From: Octopus sinensis
Taxonomy: Eukaryota
Assembly: GCF_006345805.1 (NCBI RefSeq)
Contig: NC_043024.1
Location: 6,076,001 to 6,140,000, forward strand
Direction: 5' to 3'
DNA length: 64,000 nt
Position 1 is the first letter of the stretch. The number at the start of each line of letters is the position of its first letter. The position numbers and the translations under genes are program-made. Of this stretch, positions 50,080 through 62,796 are shown piece by piece. Under the pieces are notes generated by a model. The model saw only the letters and a program-made list of their open reading frames with translations. It was not told the origin of the DNA and ran no database searches.

Positions 50080-51447
50080 CAAGGTTTTGCAGGTAAATTG
50101 AGACAACTTCTATGCTGCATAAAACTGGTTATAAGTACTAAAATAATAGAAGTCTACAGATATAATTTTAATCTAACATTTATTACAACAAAAACATTTA
50201 TCACTCAGTATGGCCCTCCTTTTGAGCAATTACTGCCTCCACGTGAGAACAAAATTGTTTTTGGCAGCTGTTGCAACCTCTGCCCTTTTGATTTTGTGTG
50301 TTGTACACATGAGGCAGGTCTTCAAATTGTTGACACTTGAGTGTGGTGAAGCATTGGTCCTTCCTTGAAGTATGCTCCATAAAAAGTAACCGAGAAGGTT
50401 GAGATCTGGGCTATTACTGGGCCAGATGCTGGCCCTCACAAAAAATGGCACCTTCTCACCTTGGTGAGTGGCTGTGTGGTAAGTAGCTTGCTTACCAACC
50501 ACATGGTTCCGGATTCATTCCCACTGCATGGCACCTTGGGCAAGTGTCTTCACCTATAGCCTACTGTGTTGCTTTTGACCCATGGCATGGTGAAGAATCC
50601 TTGATAAGCACCACATTGTCAAGCCCAAACTTTTGCTCTGTCCAAGGTAACAGAGAGTTTTTCAGGTTGTCCAGATACTCCTTTGTGCCGATCTTCAAGA
50701 CAGACTCAATGAAGTGTGGATCCATGACACTTCCATCATTTGCCACTGCTCCAAATACAATCACAGAGGCATGGTTCTTAGTCTCAAACACAGTGGGGAC
50801 GTCAGAAGGGTTGTATGCAGTCACTCAAGAATTTCTGCAATTCACTCCAGTGTCCACGGTGAACTTCTCATCCACAAACACATGAGTTTTTCCTGCACTC
50901 TGATGCTTGATGAATGACAGAAGCTTTGGGCATCTCTTATCTCTGATTGCTTTGGCCTTGACTGTTAGGAGGTGACAACAATGACAAACATGGCTAAGCA
51001 TGCCAAGGTTCCTGTTCATAGCTCTGGACACCATGGATAAGGACACATTGCATTTTTTTGCAAGAGTTGTCATGGATGTGGATGGGTTCAATTGAGTGTT
51101 TGAGGCCAACAGAAAAATTTGGATTGTGCTTGCAATCACTTCAAGTCTTGTGTTCTTTTCAATCAATCTTTCTCGCTTCTTTTACACACGATGATAAACT
51201 GTTGTTTTTCGAAGTTTCATCAACTTAACAATTTTATTGGCAGTGTGCCTGGTGCATGCCAAAACAACCAATGACAGAACAATTCTCTTATTCCATGACT
51301 TTCTGTTGTCGAATAAGTTCACTATTTACCTGAAAAATAAAAAGGAGGATTAGATTTTCAAGCAAGCAAGGTTTCGTCAAAAAATGAAATGTTAAACCTA
51401 GTAACTTAATTCCTTAAAATTGATATCAATTTATCTGTTAGACCCCG
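50080..51447 (-). mobile_element. Decayed Tc1/mariner DD37D (maT-like) transposon with both TIRs
   Basis: Frameshifted ORFs give an HTH (KLMKLRKTTVYHRV), FVDEKFTVD, IKDSSPCH and WPSNSPDLNLLGY; spacing reconstructs to 37 residues; CAGGGT-type TIR remnants at 50080-50121 and about 51417-51447. Confidence 0.8.
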
Positions 51448-51780
51448 GATATAAATATATATATATATTTTTATTTTATTTATGCGCCCTTTTCAAGCCT
51501 AGCCAGGCTCATGGGCCCGGTTTCCCAGTTTCTGTGGCATATGTGTTCCCCCCAGCTGGACAGGACGCCAGTCCATCGCAGCATTACTCAAGAAACAGGA
51601 AGGAAGAGTGAGAGAAAGTTGGGGCGAAAGAGTACAGCAGGGATTGCCACCACCTCTTGCCAGAGCCTCGTAGAGCTTTAGGTGTTTTCGCTCAATAAAC
51701 ACACACAACGCCCGGTCTGGGAATCAAAACCGTGATCCTCTGACCATGAGTCTGCTGCTCTAACCACTGGGCCATAGCAC

Positions 51781-51829
<49 letters not shown>

Positions 51830-51831
<2 letters not shown>

Positions 51832-52372
51832 CATTATTGGTGATTGAAGAAATGGAGCTGAACGCAGATTGAACAGAAATCGTTTTATTTCATTCTACAC
51901 GTGTTTCGAAAGGCACAAATTACCAAAATCCGATTGAATAATGGGACCATATTGTGTCTTTCTCTCAGGAAGAAGAAAAAAGGGAAATCCGTTGGAAAAA
52001 CAGAACAGAGGAGCACAGTTCGATTTGTTTTTTGCTCCGCCTCTGTTCTGTTTTTCCAACGGATTTCCCTTTTTTCTTCCTGAAGAGAAAGACACAATAT
52101 GGTCCCATTATTCAATCGGATTTTGGTAATTTGTGCCTTTCGAAACACGTGTAGAATGAAATAAAACGATTTCTGTTCAATCTGCGTTCAGCTCCATTTC
52201 TTCAATTCACCAATAATGTTTTAATTTCAATTATCCGCACCAACGCACGGTTGCAACGCCAGATGGTTGTACCTCCAACCGTGCTGTTTACTGCTGTGAT
52301 TTTTGCTACTAAGGTATCGGTTAAACTTTTGATTAATCTACTACAAGATTATTCATCTTTCTATTTCACATA
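51830..52372 (+). mobile_element. Fold-back element in (TA)n: about 181-bp arms (51830-52011 and 52040-52220), 28-nt spacer, 150-bp tail
   Basis: Arms differ only by three small indels, with no substitutions seen; (TA)n on both flanks. Confidence 0.9.
52073..52161 (+). ncRNA. Type I hammerhead ribozyme with intact canonical core
   Basis: TTTCTTC-CTGAAGA-GAAAGACACAA...TTGTGCCTTTC-GAAA-CACGTG-TA|GAATGAAA: stem II 10/11 bp, palindromic stem III ACACGUGU, GUA triplet, predicted cut at 52153/52154. Confidence 0.8.
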
Positions 52373-52375
52373 ATA

Positions 52376-52413
<38 letters not shown>

Positions 52414-52468
52414 TGATATATATATATGTATATATATATATATAATATATATATATATATATAATATG

Positions 52469-52523
<55 letters not shown>

Positions 52524-53021
52524 ACACACACACTTTAAAAAGGGACTCCTAGAAAATTCAAAGTACTTGAAAACAATCCACACAGGCAGAGAGGAAAGAT
52601 AACGAAAATCAATCAGTATCTGTCAACCATATATATATGTATATATATATATCATAGGCGCAGGAGTGGCTGTGTGGTAAGTAGCTTGCTTACCAACCAC
52701 ATGGTTCCGGATTCATTCCCACTGCATGGCACCTTGGGCAAGTGTCTTCTACTATAGCCTACTGTAATTTGAACTTATAACGTAAATTCAAACAAAATGC
52801 CACTAAGCATTTTCCCCAGGGGAGTAACAGCTCTTCCAGCTTGCTCCCTTAATCATGGTAATCATAAAGGTACAAGGCCTGAAATTTTTTGGCGGGGGGA
52901 TAGTTGATTACATCGACCTCAGTGTATAACTGGTACTTATTTCATTCACCCCGAAAGGATGAAAGGCAAAGTCAACCTCAGTGGAATTTGAACTCAGAAC
53001 ATAGTGACAAACAAAATACCA

Positions 53022-53388
53022 TTTGTTCCCATGAGGAGGCCGTAATTGCCCAAAAGGAGGGCCATACTGAGTGATAAATGTTTTGTTGTAATAAATGTTA
53101 TACGTAAAAAGCACCAACCGATTATGACCATTGCCAGCCTCCTCTGGCCCCTGTGCTGGTGGCACGTAAAAAGCACCCATGACATCATGGAGTGGTTGAC
53201 GTTAGGAAGAGCTGTAGAAACTCTGCCAGATCAGACTGAAGCCTGGTGCAGTCTCCTGACTTCCCAGACCCCGGTGGAACCATCCAACCCATGCTAGCAT
53301 GGAAAACAGACATTAAACGATGGTGATGATGATACTGAACCAATTCTATGCATCATAGAAATTGTCTTAACTTATTTGCAAGACCCTG
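53022..53388 (+). mobile_element. Second, oppositely oriented 3'-end fragment of the maT-like element, interrupted by an RTE end (about 53103-53335)
   Basis: 53022-53100 resembles the reverse complement of 50174-50255; TIR 53347-53388 matches 50080-50121 at 34/42 and is followed by TA. Confidence 0.8.
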
Positions 53389-53500
53389 TATATATATATA
53401 TATTATATATATATACATACACACACACACATGTATGTATGCATATATATAAATATACGTATATATATATATATATATATGTACATGTATATATATGTAT

Positions 53501-53532
<32 letters not shown>

Positions 53533-54160
53533 ATATATATATATGTACACACACACACATATATATATATATACCACTTGGTGTGCTAACACTTCTGCCA
53601 GCTTGCTGCCTTAATCATAAAAATAATAATGGCTTCAAATTTTGCCAGAGAGGTATCTATTTGGAGGGAGGGGGATAGTCGATTGCATCGACCCCAGTAT
53701 TTCACTGGTACTTAATTTATTGACTCTGCAAGGATGAAAGGCAAAGTCAACTTCAACAAAATTTGATCTCAGATCGTAATGACAGGTGAAATACCCCTAA
53801 GCATTTTGTCCAGTATGCTAACGATTCTGCTAGCTCATAGCCTTCATTTATTTCAAATGTTGGCACAAGGCCAGGAGAAGGGATGTGTCAATTACATTGA
53901 CCCCAATATTTAACTGGTATGCCAGTTTTCCGCCTTACTCTTTTACTCTTTTACTTGTTTCAGTCATTTGACTGCAGCCATGCTGGAGCACCGCTTTTAG
54001 TTGAGCAAATCGACCCCAGGACTTATTCTTTGGAAGCCTAGTACTTAGTCTATCGATCTCTTTTGCCAAACTGCTAAGTTTCAGGGACGTAAACACACCA
54101 GCATCGGTTGTCAAGCAATGTTGGGGGTACAAACACAGACACACAAACATATACACACGC

Positions 54161-54198
<38 letters not shown>

Positions 54199-54202
54199 GT
54201 GC

Positions 54203-54257
<55 letters not shown>

Positions 54258-54649
54258 AAAAATGCACATATATACGATAGGCTTCTTTCAGTTTCCACCT
54301 ACCAAATCCACTCACAAGGCTTGGTCGGCCCAAGGCTATAGTAGAAGATACTTGCCCAAGGTGCCACGCAGTGAGACTGAACCCAGAACCATGTGGTTGG
54401 TAAGCAAGCTACTTACCACACAGCCACTCCTGGTTTCAAATTTTGCCACAAGAGCAGCGATTTCAGAGAAGGGAGATGAGCTGATTACATCGACCCCAGT
54501 ATACAACTAGTACTTATTTTATCAACCCCAAAAGAATGAAAGGCAAAGTCGCCCACGGTGGATTTTGATCGCAGAACATAACAACAGGGGACATACCGCT
54601 AAGCATTACGCTCAGCATGCTAACGATTCTACCAGCTCACCACCTTAAT

Positions 54650-54683
<34 letters not shown>

Positions 54684-54787
54684 GTAATAATAATAATAAT
54701 CATAATGATGATGATAATAATAATGATAATAATAATAATAATAATAATAATGATAATATTAATAATAATTAATTAATAATAATAATG

Positions 54788-54821
<34 letters not shown>

Positions 54822-54850
54822 TAATAATAATAATAATCATAATGATGATG

Positions 54851-54897
<47 letters not shown>

Positions 54898-54910
54898 CAT
54901 AATGATGGTG

Positions 54911-54945
<35 letters not shown>

Positions 54946-55063
54946 CATAATGATGATGATGATGATAATAATAATAATAATAATAATAATCATAATGATG
55001 ATGATGATAATAATAATAATCATAATGATAATAATGATAATAATAATAATAATTATAATAATG

Positions 55064-55131
<68 letters not shown>

Positions 55132-55432
55132 TATAATAATGATAATAATAATAATCATAATGATAATAATGATAATAATAATAATAATCATAATGATAAT
55201 AATGATAATAATAATAATAATTATAATAATGATAATAATAATAATAATAATTATAATAATGATAATAATAATAATAATAAAATAATAATAATATATAATA
55301 TGATAATAATAATAATAATTATAATAATGATAATAATAATAATATAATAATAATAATAATTATAATAATGATAATAATAATAATAATAATATAATAATGA
55401 TAATAATAATAATAATCATAATGATGATGATG

Positions 55433-55469
<37 letters not shown>

Positions 55470-55844
55470 TAATAATAATAATCATAATGATAATAATGAT
55501 AATAATAATAATCATAATGATAATAATGATAATAATAATAATAATTATAATAATGATAATAATAATAATAATAATTATAATAATGATAATAATAATAATA
55601 ATCATAATGATGATGATGATAATAATAATAATATAATAATAATAATGATAATAATAATAATCATAATGATAATAATGATAATAATAATAATAATTATAAT
55701 AATGATAATAATAATAATAATAATTATAATAATGATAATAATATAATAATCATAATGATGATGATGATGATGATGAATATGATAATCATAATAATAATAA
55801 TAATAATAATAATTATCATCGTCATGATAATAATAATAATAATG

Positions 55845-55886
<42 letters not shown>

Positions 55887-55961
55887 TTAATAATAATCAT
55901 AACAACAACAATAATAACAACAACAACAACAATAATACTAATACTACTACTACTACTAATA

Positions 55962-55995
<34 letters not shown>
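54650..55995. repeat. 1.3-kb (AAT)n/(GAT)n compound microsatellite
   Basis: Direct reading. Confidence 0.97.
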
Positions 55996-57111
55996 CAGTT
56001 TATAATTACTTCAGCTGTTGCCTACCCACTGCTGCGTAACATCGTTTCCTGAAATCATTTTCAAGAAAATATTTAAATCAGAAAATTTAAGCCATTAGAA
56101 TGGATATTTAAGCCTTCAAACAATGAATTTTCATGACATCAGCAACACATGTTGTATTGTATTTAGTAAATGAGAAGTTAACACATAAGTCAAAGTAATC
56201 TTAGGTACACTTATCCCTGCATGATGTAAGAGGTCACAGAAAAGTGGATTAGTGACAGGATGGACTTTCAGCTATACAATAGTGTCCCCACCAAAAGGGA
56301 TCATAATTACTAATATTAGATTGTTGTGGGGTTTATAGAGCCAGCCCCTGTTTTAGCAGAGAGGATGCCCTTAAAATGTTTAATTGATTTGGTGTCTTAG
56401 ATATTTTGTGCTTAAAAACGTAAAAAAAAAGATGGAAAAGTCATGGGTGGGATGTCTGATATGTGTATATATCTTTTATCTTTTAATTGTTCAGTCATCG
56501 GACTGTGGCCATGCTGGAGCATCACCCTGGAGAATTCTTAGTTGAACGAATCAATACAGTATTTTTTTAAGCCTGGTACTTATTTTATCAGTCTCTTTTG
56601 CTACGCTGCTAGGTTATGTTAGAACTCAATATACCTATATGAGACCCCCTTCAGTCATGACTGACCACGGGATTGTACCTAGAAAGTTACTCTCCCAAGC
56701 ATAAGTCCAGGCAAGGTTGTTTTTATGGAAGACCAGCAGTCGCCCATACATACCGGATTCCCCTCTCCATGCCACCAGGGTTATCCAAGGGAAAGGCAAA
56801 GGGGGCCGATACAGCTTGGCACCTGTGACGTCGCAGCTCATTTCTACAGCTGAGTGAACTGGAGCAATGTGAAATAAAGTGTCTTGCTCAAGAGCACAAC
56901 ACACAACCTGGTCCGGGATTCAAACTCACAGTCTCATGATCGTAAGCTCTACGCTCTAACAACTGAGCCATGTGCCTTCACTATACCTATACAGCAGAAG
57001 AAAGCATTAAGTACAAAGTATAATATGAAATTAGATAGCTCTGACGAAGCTATAAGGTGATGTGCAAGCATTCAGTTCTGAATGTACTTATCATCATCAT
57101 CATCATCATTC

Positions 57112-57163
<52 letters not shown>

Positions 57164-57771
57164 ATGTAAGTATGTATATGTATGTATGTATATGTATGCA
57201 CACACACACATACTCACCTGCACGTACTCACTCACACACACACACATGCACACATACAGAGAGTTAAGTCTCAAGTAGCAAAACCAACACATAAATACAT
57301 TTTTGACAGGACTAAGCAAAAAAAAAAAAATTAATAAAGGCGTATTTAATATATTTTACAAAAATCTATATACACTTGCTGTTTCTATTTCTCATCTATG
57401 TCATATTGACAATATTGACAATATATATATATATGCACCCATATACACAATCACATGCACATAGACACGCACACACATCCACACACATACACACACACAT
57501 ACACACATGCACACATATACATGCACAGAGATACACACAACCCCGCACAAACACACGTACACACACACATATATACAGCAAGAGAGAAAAACAGGGTGAC
57601 AGAGAGAGAGACAGAGACATACACACGTACCCTTACACATGTGCACATACACACACGCACAAACACATATACAGATTCTCACTCCATCTATACATGTGCC
57701 AACACACACATATGTATATATAATATATATATATACATGTGTGTGTGTGTATATGTATATATATATTAATG

Positions 57772-57822
<51 letters not shown>

Positions 57823-58439
57823 TTTTCGCAGGAAGGAAGTTTTCTTCGAAGTATACGTCTCGCTTTTATCCTCGAAACGTTTAGTAGATGAAACCTTAGC
57901 GACTGAAGAAGGGGATTTTTCGTTGTGCTTATTGTCCTGTATCTCTTTTTTTGCTTGTCTTGTTCCTTGGTTTGTGTCTATGTTTTTCGTCTCTCTATGT
58001 GTTCGACGCTCTTTTGGTGTCCTGTACACATATATGCGTGTATATGTACATGTAGAGGTAGGTACGTACATATATGTTTATATATATGCATATGTTCTAT
58101 TTTATTAACTATATATATATATATATATATGTTTGTGTGTGCATGTGTATATATATATTATATATTATATCATATTATATATATATTTGTATATAGATGG
58201 AACCCATATTCATCCCTGTCCTACATAGATGGCTATGTGCATGTGTCCCTTTGTATCTGTTGTTCCTCACTCTTGCCTACTGGACAACCTATGTTAGTTT
58301 GTTTACATCTTCTTAACTTAGCTGTTCAGAAAAAGAGACTGATAGAATATGTACCCAACTTAATATAATTCGATATGTTTGACTAAAACCCTTCAAGGCA
58401 GTACTCCAGCATGGTTACGGCCCAATAACTGAAGCAAGC

Positions 58440-58550
58440 AAAAAAAAAAGAAAGAGAGAGGAAGAGAGAGAGAGAAAAAGAGAGAGAGAAAGAAAGAGAT
58501 AGAGAAAGAGAGAGGGAGAGAAAGAGAGAGAGGGAAAAGAGAGAGAGAAA

Positions 58551-58597
<47 letters not shown>

Positions 58598-58612
58598 AAG
58601 AGAGAGAGGGAA
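58440..58612. repeat. GA-rich polypurine tract
   Basis: Direct reading. Confidence 0.95.
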
Positions 58613-59336
58613 AAAGTTATATAAGGAAATGAGTTGAGTGTGTTATGTAGCACATTTAACTGCTGTTTCTAGCAGTTTGAGATACCATGTAAAGAGACCC
58701 TGTTCAGTTAGGCAACAGCTTTTGTTGTTGTTCATGGTGAACTCCTTGTTTGATTATTCTCAGCAACAAAAGTCATTTACTAAACAAAATGCAATGATAG
58801 ATATTGATTCCCCTTGGCATGTTGAAATAAGGCCGACGTCGTAGAAAAAGAATGCATGCACACAGAAACACAGAAAGGCATCGGAACGTGCTTGCAAGAG
58901 AAAAGACTAAATCTGGGAAAGAACTCAATGCTGTTTAAGCAGAGTAAATAAATAGCTTTATTCAGTGACTTAAGACGACAAAAGTTCAGTTTGTCTCCTT
59001 CACAATCAAACTTTGAGAAACATGCGTTGAAGGATGGAAGAGAGATGTTCCACTGAGAACAAACAATAAACTGTGCATTTATCATTGACAGATACAAATC
59101 TATCAATCTATTTATCTATGTATGTACATGCACGCACACACACACAGTTTATAGACCCAGCAGAGGTAGAATCAACAAACAAAAGTACTCTGCCCTCCAT
59201 TGTGAGACAAATGTCAACTTAAATACACAACCAAAAGAGCTACCAACAGTTTCATGCTTTTATGATACTTGAACAGGCAAATTTATAAAATACACCATAT
59301 ATCTTAAAGCAATCTTTCAGGCTCTGTTTATGCATT

Positions 59337-59373
<37 letters not shown>

Positions 59374-59582
59374 CATCATCATCATCATCATCGTTTTATG
59401 TGTGCTTTCCAGGCTGTATGGGTTTGATGGTTTGACTGAGGTCTGGCAAGCTAGGAGGCTGCACCAGGCTCCAATCCAATCTTGCAAAGTTTCTACAGCT
59501 GGATGCCTTTCATAATGCCAACCACTCTGAGAATGTTGTGGGTGCTTTTTATGTGTCACCAGTACACACACACACACACACA

Positions 59583-59622
<40 letters not shown>

Positions 59623-59634
59623 GTATATATATAA

Positions 59635-59959
59635 AAATTGAAAATACAATGAATGTAAACAAAGTTTGTGTTTAGGTGCACTGAGATGTATTGAAAAATG
59701 GAAATAAGGAAATGATTTATTCTCAAACACACCATAATGCTGATAGAATAGTAGGAACAGGATAAAATATCCATATTTTGCAGGAAAATTTGTTGGCAGC
59801 CAGCCATGAGATGCAAAATATGGATATTTTATCCTGTTCCTACCATTCTATCAGCATTATGCTGCATTTGAGAATAAATCATTTCCTTATTTCCATTTTT
59901 CAATACATCTCAGTGCACCTAAACGCAAACTTTCTTTGCATTTATTGTATTTTCAATTT
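59635..59959. repeat. Fold-back palindrome, about 148-bp arms with a 29-nt spacer
   Basis: 59635-59782 resembles the reverse complement of 59812-59959. Confidence 0.9.
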
Positions 59960-60021
59960 AGCATACAGCGTCTTATGAGCTAGATTTTTAAGTTCAAAAA
60001 TTGCGGATTAATTTGTCAGTG

Positions 60022-60096
60022 GGCAGTTTAGCTTAATTGGTAAAGCGCTTGACCGGTAAACACAGGGATATGAGTTCGAGTCTCATGGCTAGCTGC
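60022..60096 (+). pseudogene. tRNA-like head (probably tRNA-Thr-derived; loop CCGGTAA) of a rare SINE-like element; not a functional tRNA
   Basis: D arm GCTT/AAGC and T arm ATGAG-TTCGAGT-CTCAT are intact; anticodon stem and acceptor 3' strand are disrupted; C at position 33. Confidence 0.6.
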
Positions 60097-60166
60097 TGAC
60101 AAATTTTTCCTCAAAATATGAATACTTTATCCTGTTCTTGTTCTATCAGCATTATTCTGCTTTTAG

Positions 60167-60552
60167 TGGAGGCGCAATGGCCCAGTGGTATGGGCAGCGG
60201 AGGCGCAGTTGTAGGATAGCGGTTTCGATTCCCAGACCGGGCGTTGTGAGTGTTTATTGAGCGAAAACACCTAAAGCTCCATGAGGCTCCGGCAGGGATG
60301 GTGGTGATCCCTGCTGTACTCTTTCACCACAACTTTCTCTCACTCTTACTTCCTGTTTCTGTTGTACCTGTATTTCAAAGGGCCGGCCTTGTCACTCTCT
60401 GTGACACGCTGAATATCCCTGAGAACAACGTTAAGAGTACACGTGTCTGTGGAGTGCTCAGCCACTTACACGTTAATTTCACGAGCAGGCTGTACCATTG
60501 ATCGGATCAACCGGAACCCTCATCGTAGTAATCGACGGAGTGCTTCCATTCC
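60167..60552 (+). mobile_element. Full-length tRNA-SINE (third family) with a 13-bp TSD
   Basis: ATTCTGCTTTTAG at 60154-60166 and 60553-60565. Confidence 0.9.
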
Positions 60553-62796
60553 ATTCTGCTTTTAGAAATAAATTATTTCCTTATCTGTATCATATATATA
60601 TCTCTCTCTATATATAGATACAGATATTTATAGATATAGGGAGAATTCACAAAAAAACAGAAGACGAAGACAGGTGGTGAAGACAACAAACAGATGTATT
60701 AGTATAACGCTCGGGAAGTGAAAATGTCTTTAATGTTTCGAGCCTCTGCTCTTCCACTGAAAGAAACAAGGAGAGAAAATAAAGAGAGAAAATAAAGATA
60801 TATAGACATAGATATATAAGTCATCATCATCATTATCATCAACAATTAACGTCTGTTGTCCATGCTGGCATGGGTTGGACAGTTTGACCAGGACTGGCAG
60901 GCTGAGGGGTTGCACCAGACTGATTTGGCATGGTTTCTATGGCTGGATGCCCTTCCTAATGCCCACCACTCCAAGAGCGTAATGAGTGCTTTTTGCCAGT
61001 TGTGTGACACCAGTATCTGCCACATCTATGATTTTATCTTGACTTGATGGGTCTTCCTCTCAAGCGCAGAATGTTGGCAAAGGTCTCGGTCATTTGTCAG
61101 TGCCCCAGTGAGGCCCAACACTTGAAAGTGCTTTTTATGTGCCACCAGCATATGTACCAGTTATGTGACACTTTCCTTTCCTTTTAGTTGTTTCAGTTGT
61201 TAGACTGTGGCCAGGCTGGGGCACTGCTTTGAAGAATTTTTGTTCAATAAATCATCCCCAGTTTGTGTATGTGTATGTGTTTGTGTGTGTGTGTGTTTGT
61301 GTGTAAGGTGACGGCGTGTGGTTTAGTGGTTAGGTGGCGAGCTGGCAGAAACGTTAGCACACCGGGCGAAATGCTTAATGGTATTTCGTCTCCCATTATG
61401 TTCAGAGTTCAAATTCCGCCGAGGTCGACTTTGCCTTTCATCCTTTTGGGGTCGATAAATTAAGTACCAGTTACGCACTGGGGTCGATATAATCGACTTA
61501 ATTGATCTGTCTGTCCTTGTTTGTCTCCTATGTGTGTAGCCCCTTGTGGTTAGTACCGAAATAGGTTAGGGAATTAGCTTACTTTTCCTTGCACGACCAT
61601 CCCTAAAATTATTATATCTTCTAGATGAATCTATCAACCCACTTCTCACAATTAAAGCATTCGGACATCAATGATACTGAAGATACGAATATTCAGATTT
61701 TATAAATATTGAATTTGACTCGTATATAATTCCTTTAAATGAATTTATGTTAATAATAAAGAACATTACTAATATAGATTAAAAATTGGTAGATATAGGG
61801 TGACTAGAGATGTTAGGAGGTCAAGGATTTTAATTTCACACACTTCACAATAGTGGGACACAGAAAGAAAAAGGAATATGAAAAAAGATATATGTATAAT
61901 AATGCTTTGTGAAGAAGAACAAAAACAAAAAATAATAATAACACAAATAATAATAACACAAGCCTGTTGAAGGATTTCAGTCAGGTTGTTATGTGTTTGT
62001 AGCACTGCTGGTAAGAATGTAGAGCCGATACTACCTGGGGCAGTTTGGAGAAAAAATTCTATGTGGAAGAAAAAGAAATGAAATATGAAAAAACAAAATA
62101 CAATAATGCTGTGTGAAGAAATAATAAATATTAGAAAGAAAGAAAAAAAGGGAATATAATACTGTGTGAATAAAAAAAATCTCAAAGGGGACGTGTTGTG
62201 GAGAACACCCCTCAGTGAGAGAAGTGGGCTGTTCCACTACAAATAAATAGTGGACTGACACAAAAAATGGTATCAATCGGCGAGCTGGCAGAACCGTTAG
62301 CATGCTGGGCGAAATGCCTAGCAGTATTTCGTCTGCTGTTATGTTCTGAGTTCAAATTCCACCGAGGTTGACTTTGCCTTTCATCCTTTCGGGGGTCGAT
62401 TAAATAAGTACCAGTTGCGCACTGGGGTCAATGTGATCGACTTAATCCATTTGTCTGTCCTTGTTTGTCCTCTCTCTGTGCAGCCCCCTGTGGGCAGTAA
62501 AGAAATAGGTATCAGTCGGGGAGGTATGCTGTTCAGGCCAATCACGCAGATGACAAAGTATGTTGTTATAATGCATGACATATCAGTGTGGAGCAAGACA
62601 TAACAGGATGGCAGGGGTTCACTCCCTGCTTGCAATCTGTACAGGGTGCAGATTGCACCAGTGACCAGCAAGCGAAGGACCTACCTGGGGATGAAATATC
62701 AGTAACATCGAACAGCTGATGGGGTGATAAATATTATTTCTTAGTATAGTTACTACTTTCATCTCTTATTGAGATTTTCTAAATAGCTACTTATAT

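Noticed and set aside
57038-57070. CTGACGA-A-GC-TATAAG-GT as a hammerhead 5' half
   Set aside because: The downstream GAAA, stem III and stem I are not recognisable.
60022-60096. Functional tRNA-Thr(GGT) gene
   Set aside because: The anticodon stem and acceptor stem are broken, position 33 is C, there is no T-run terminator directly after, and it is part of a repeated element.
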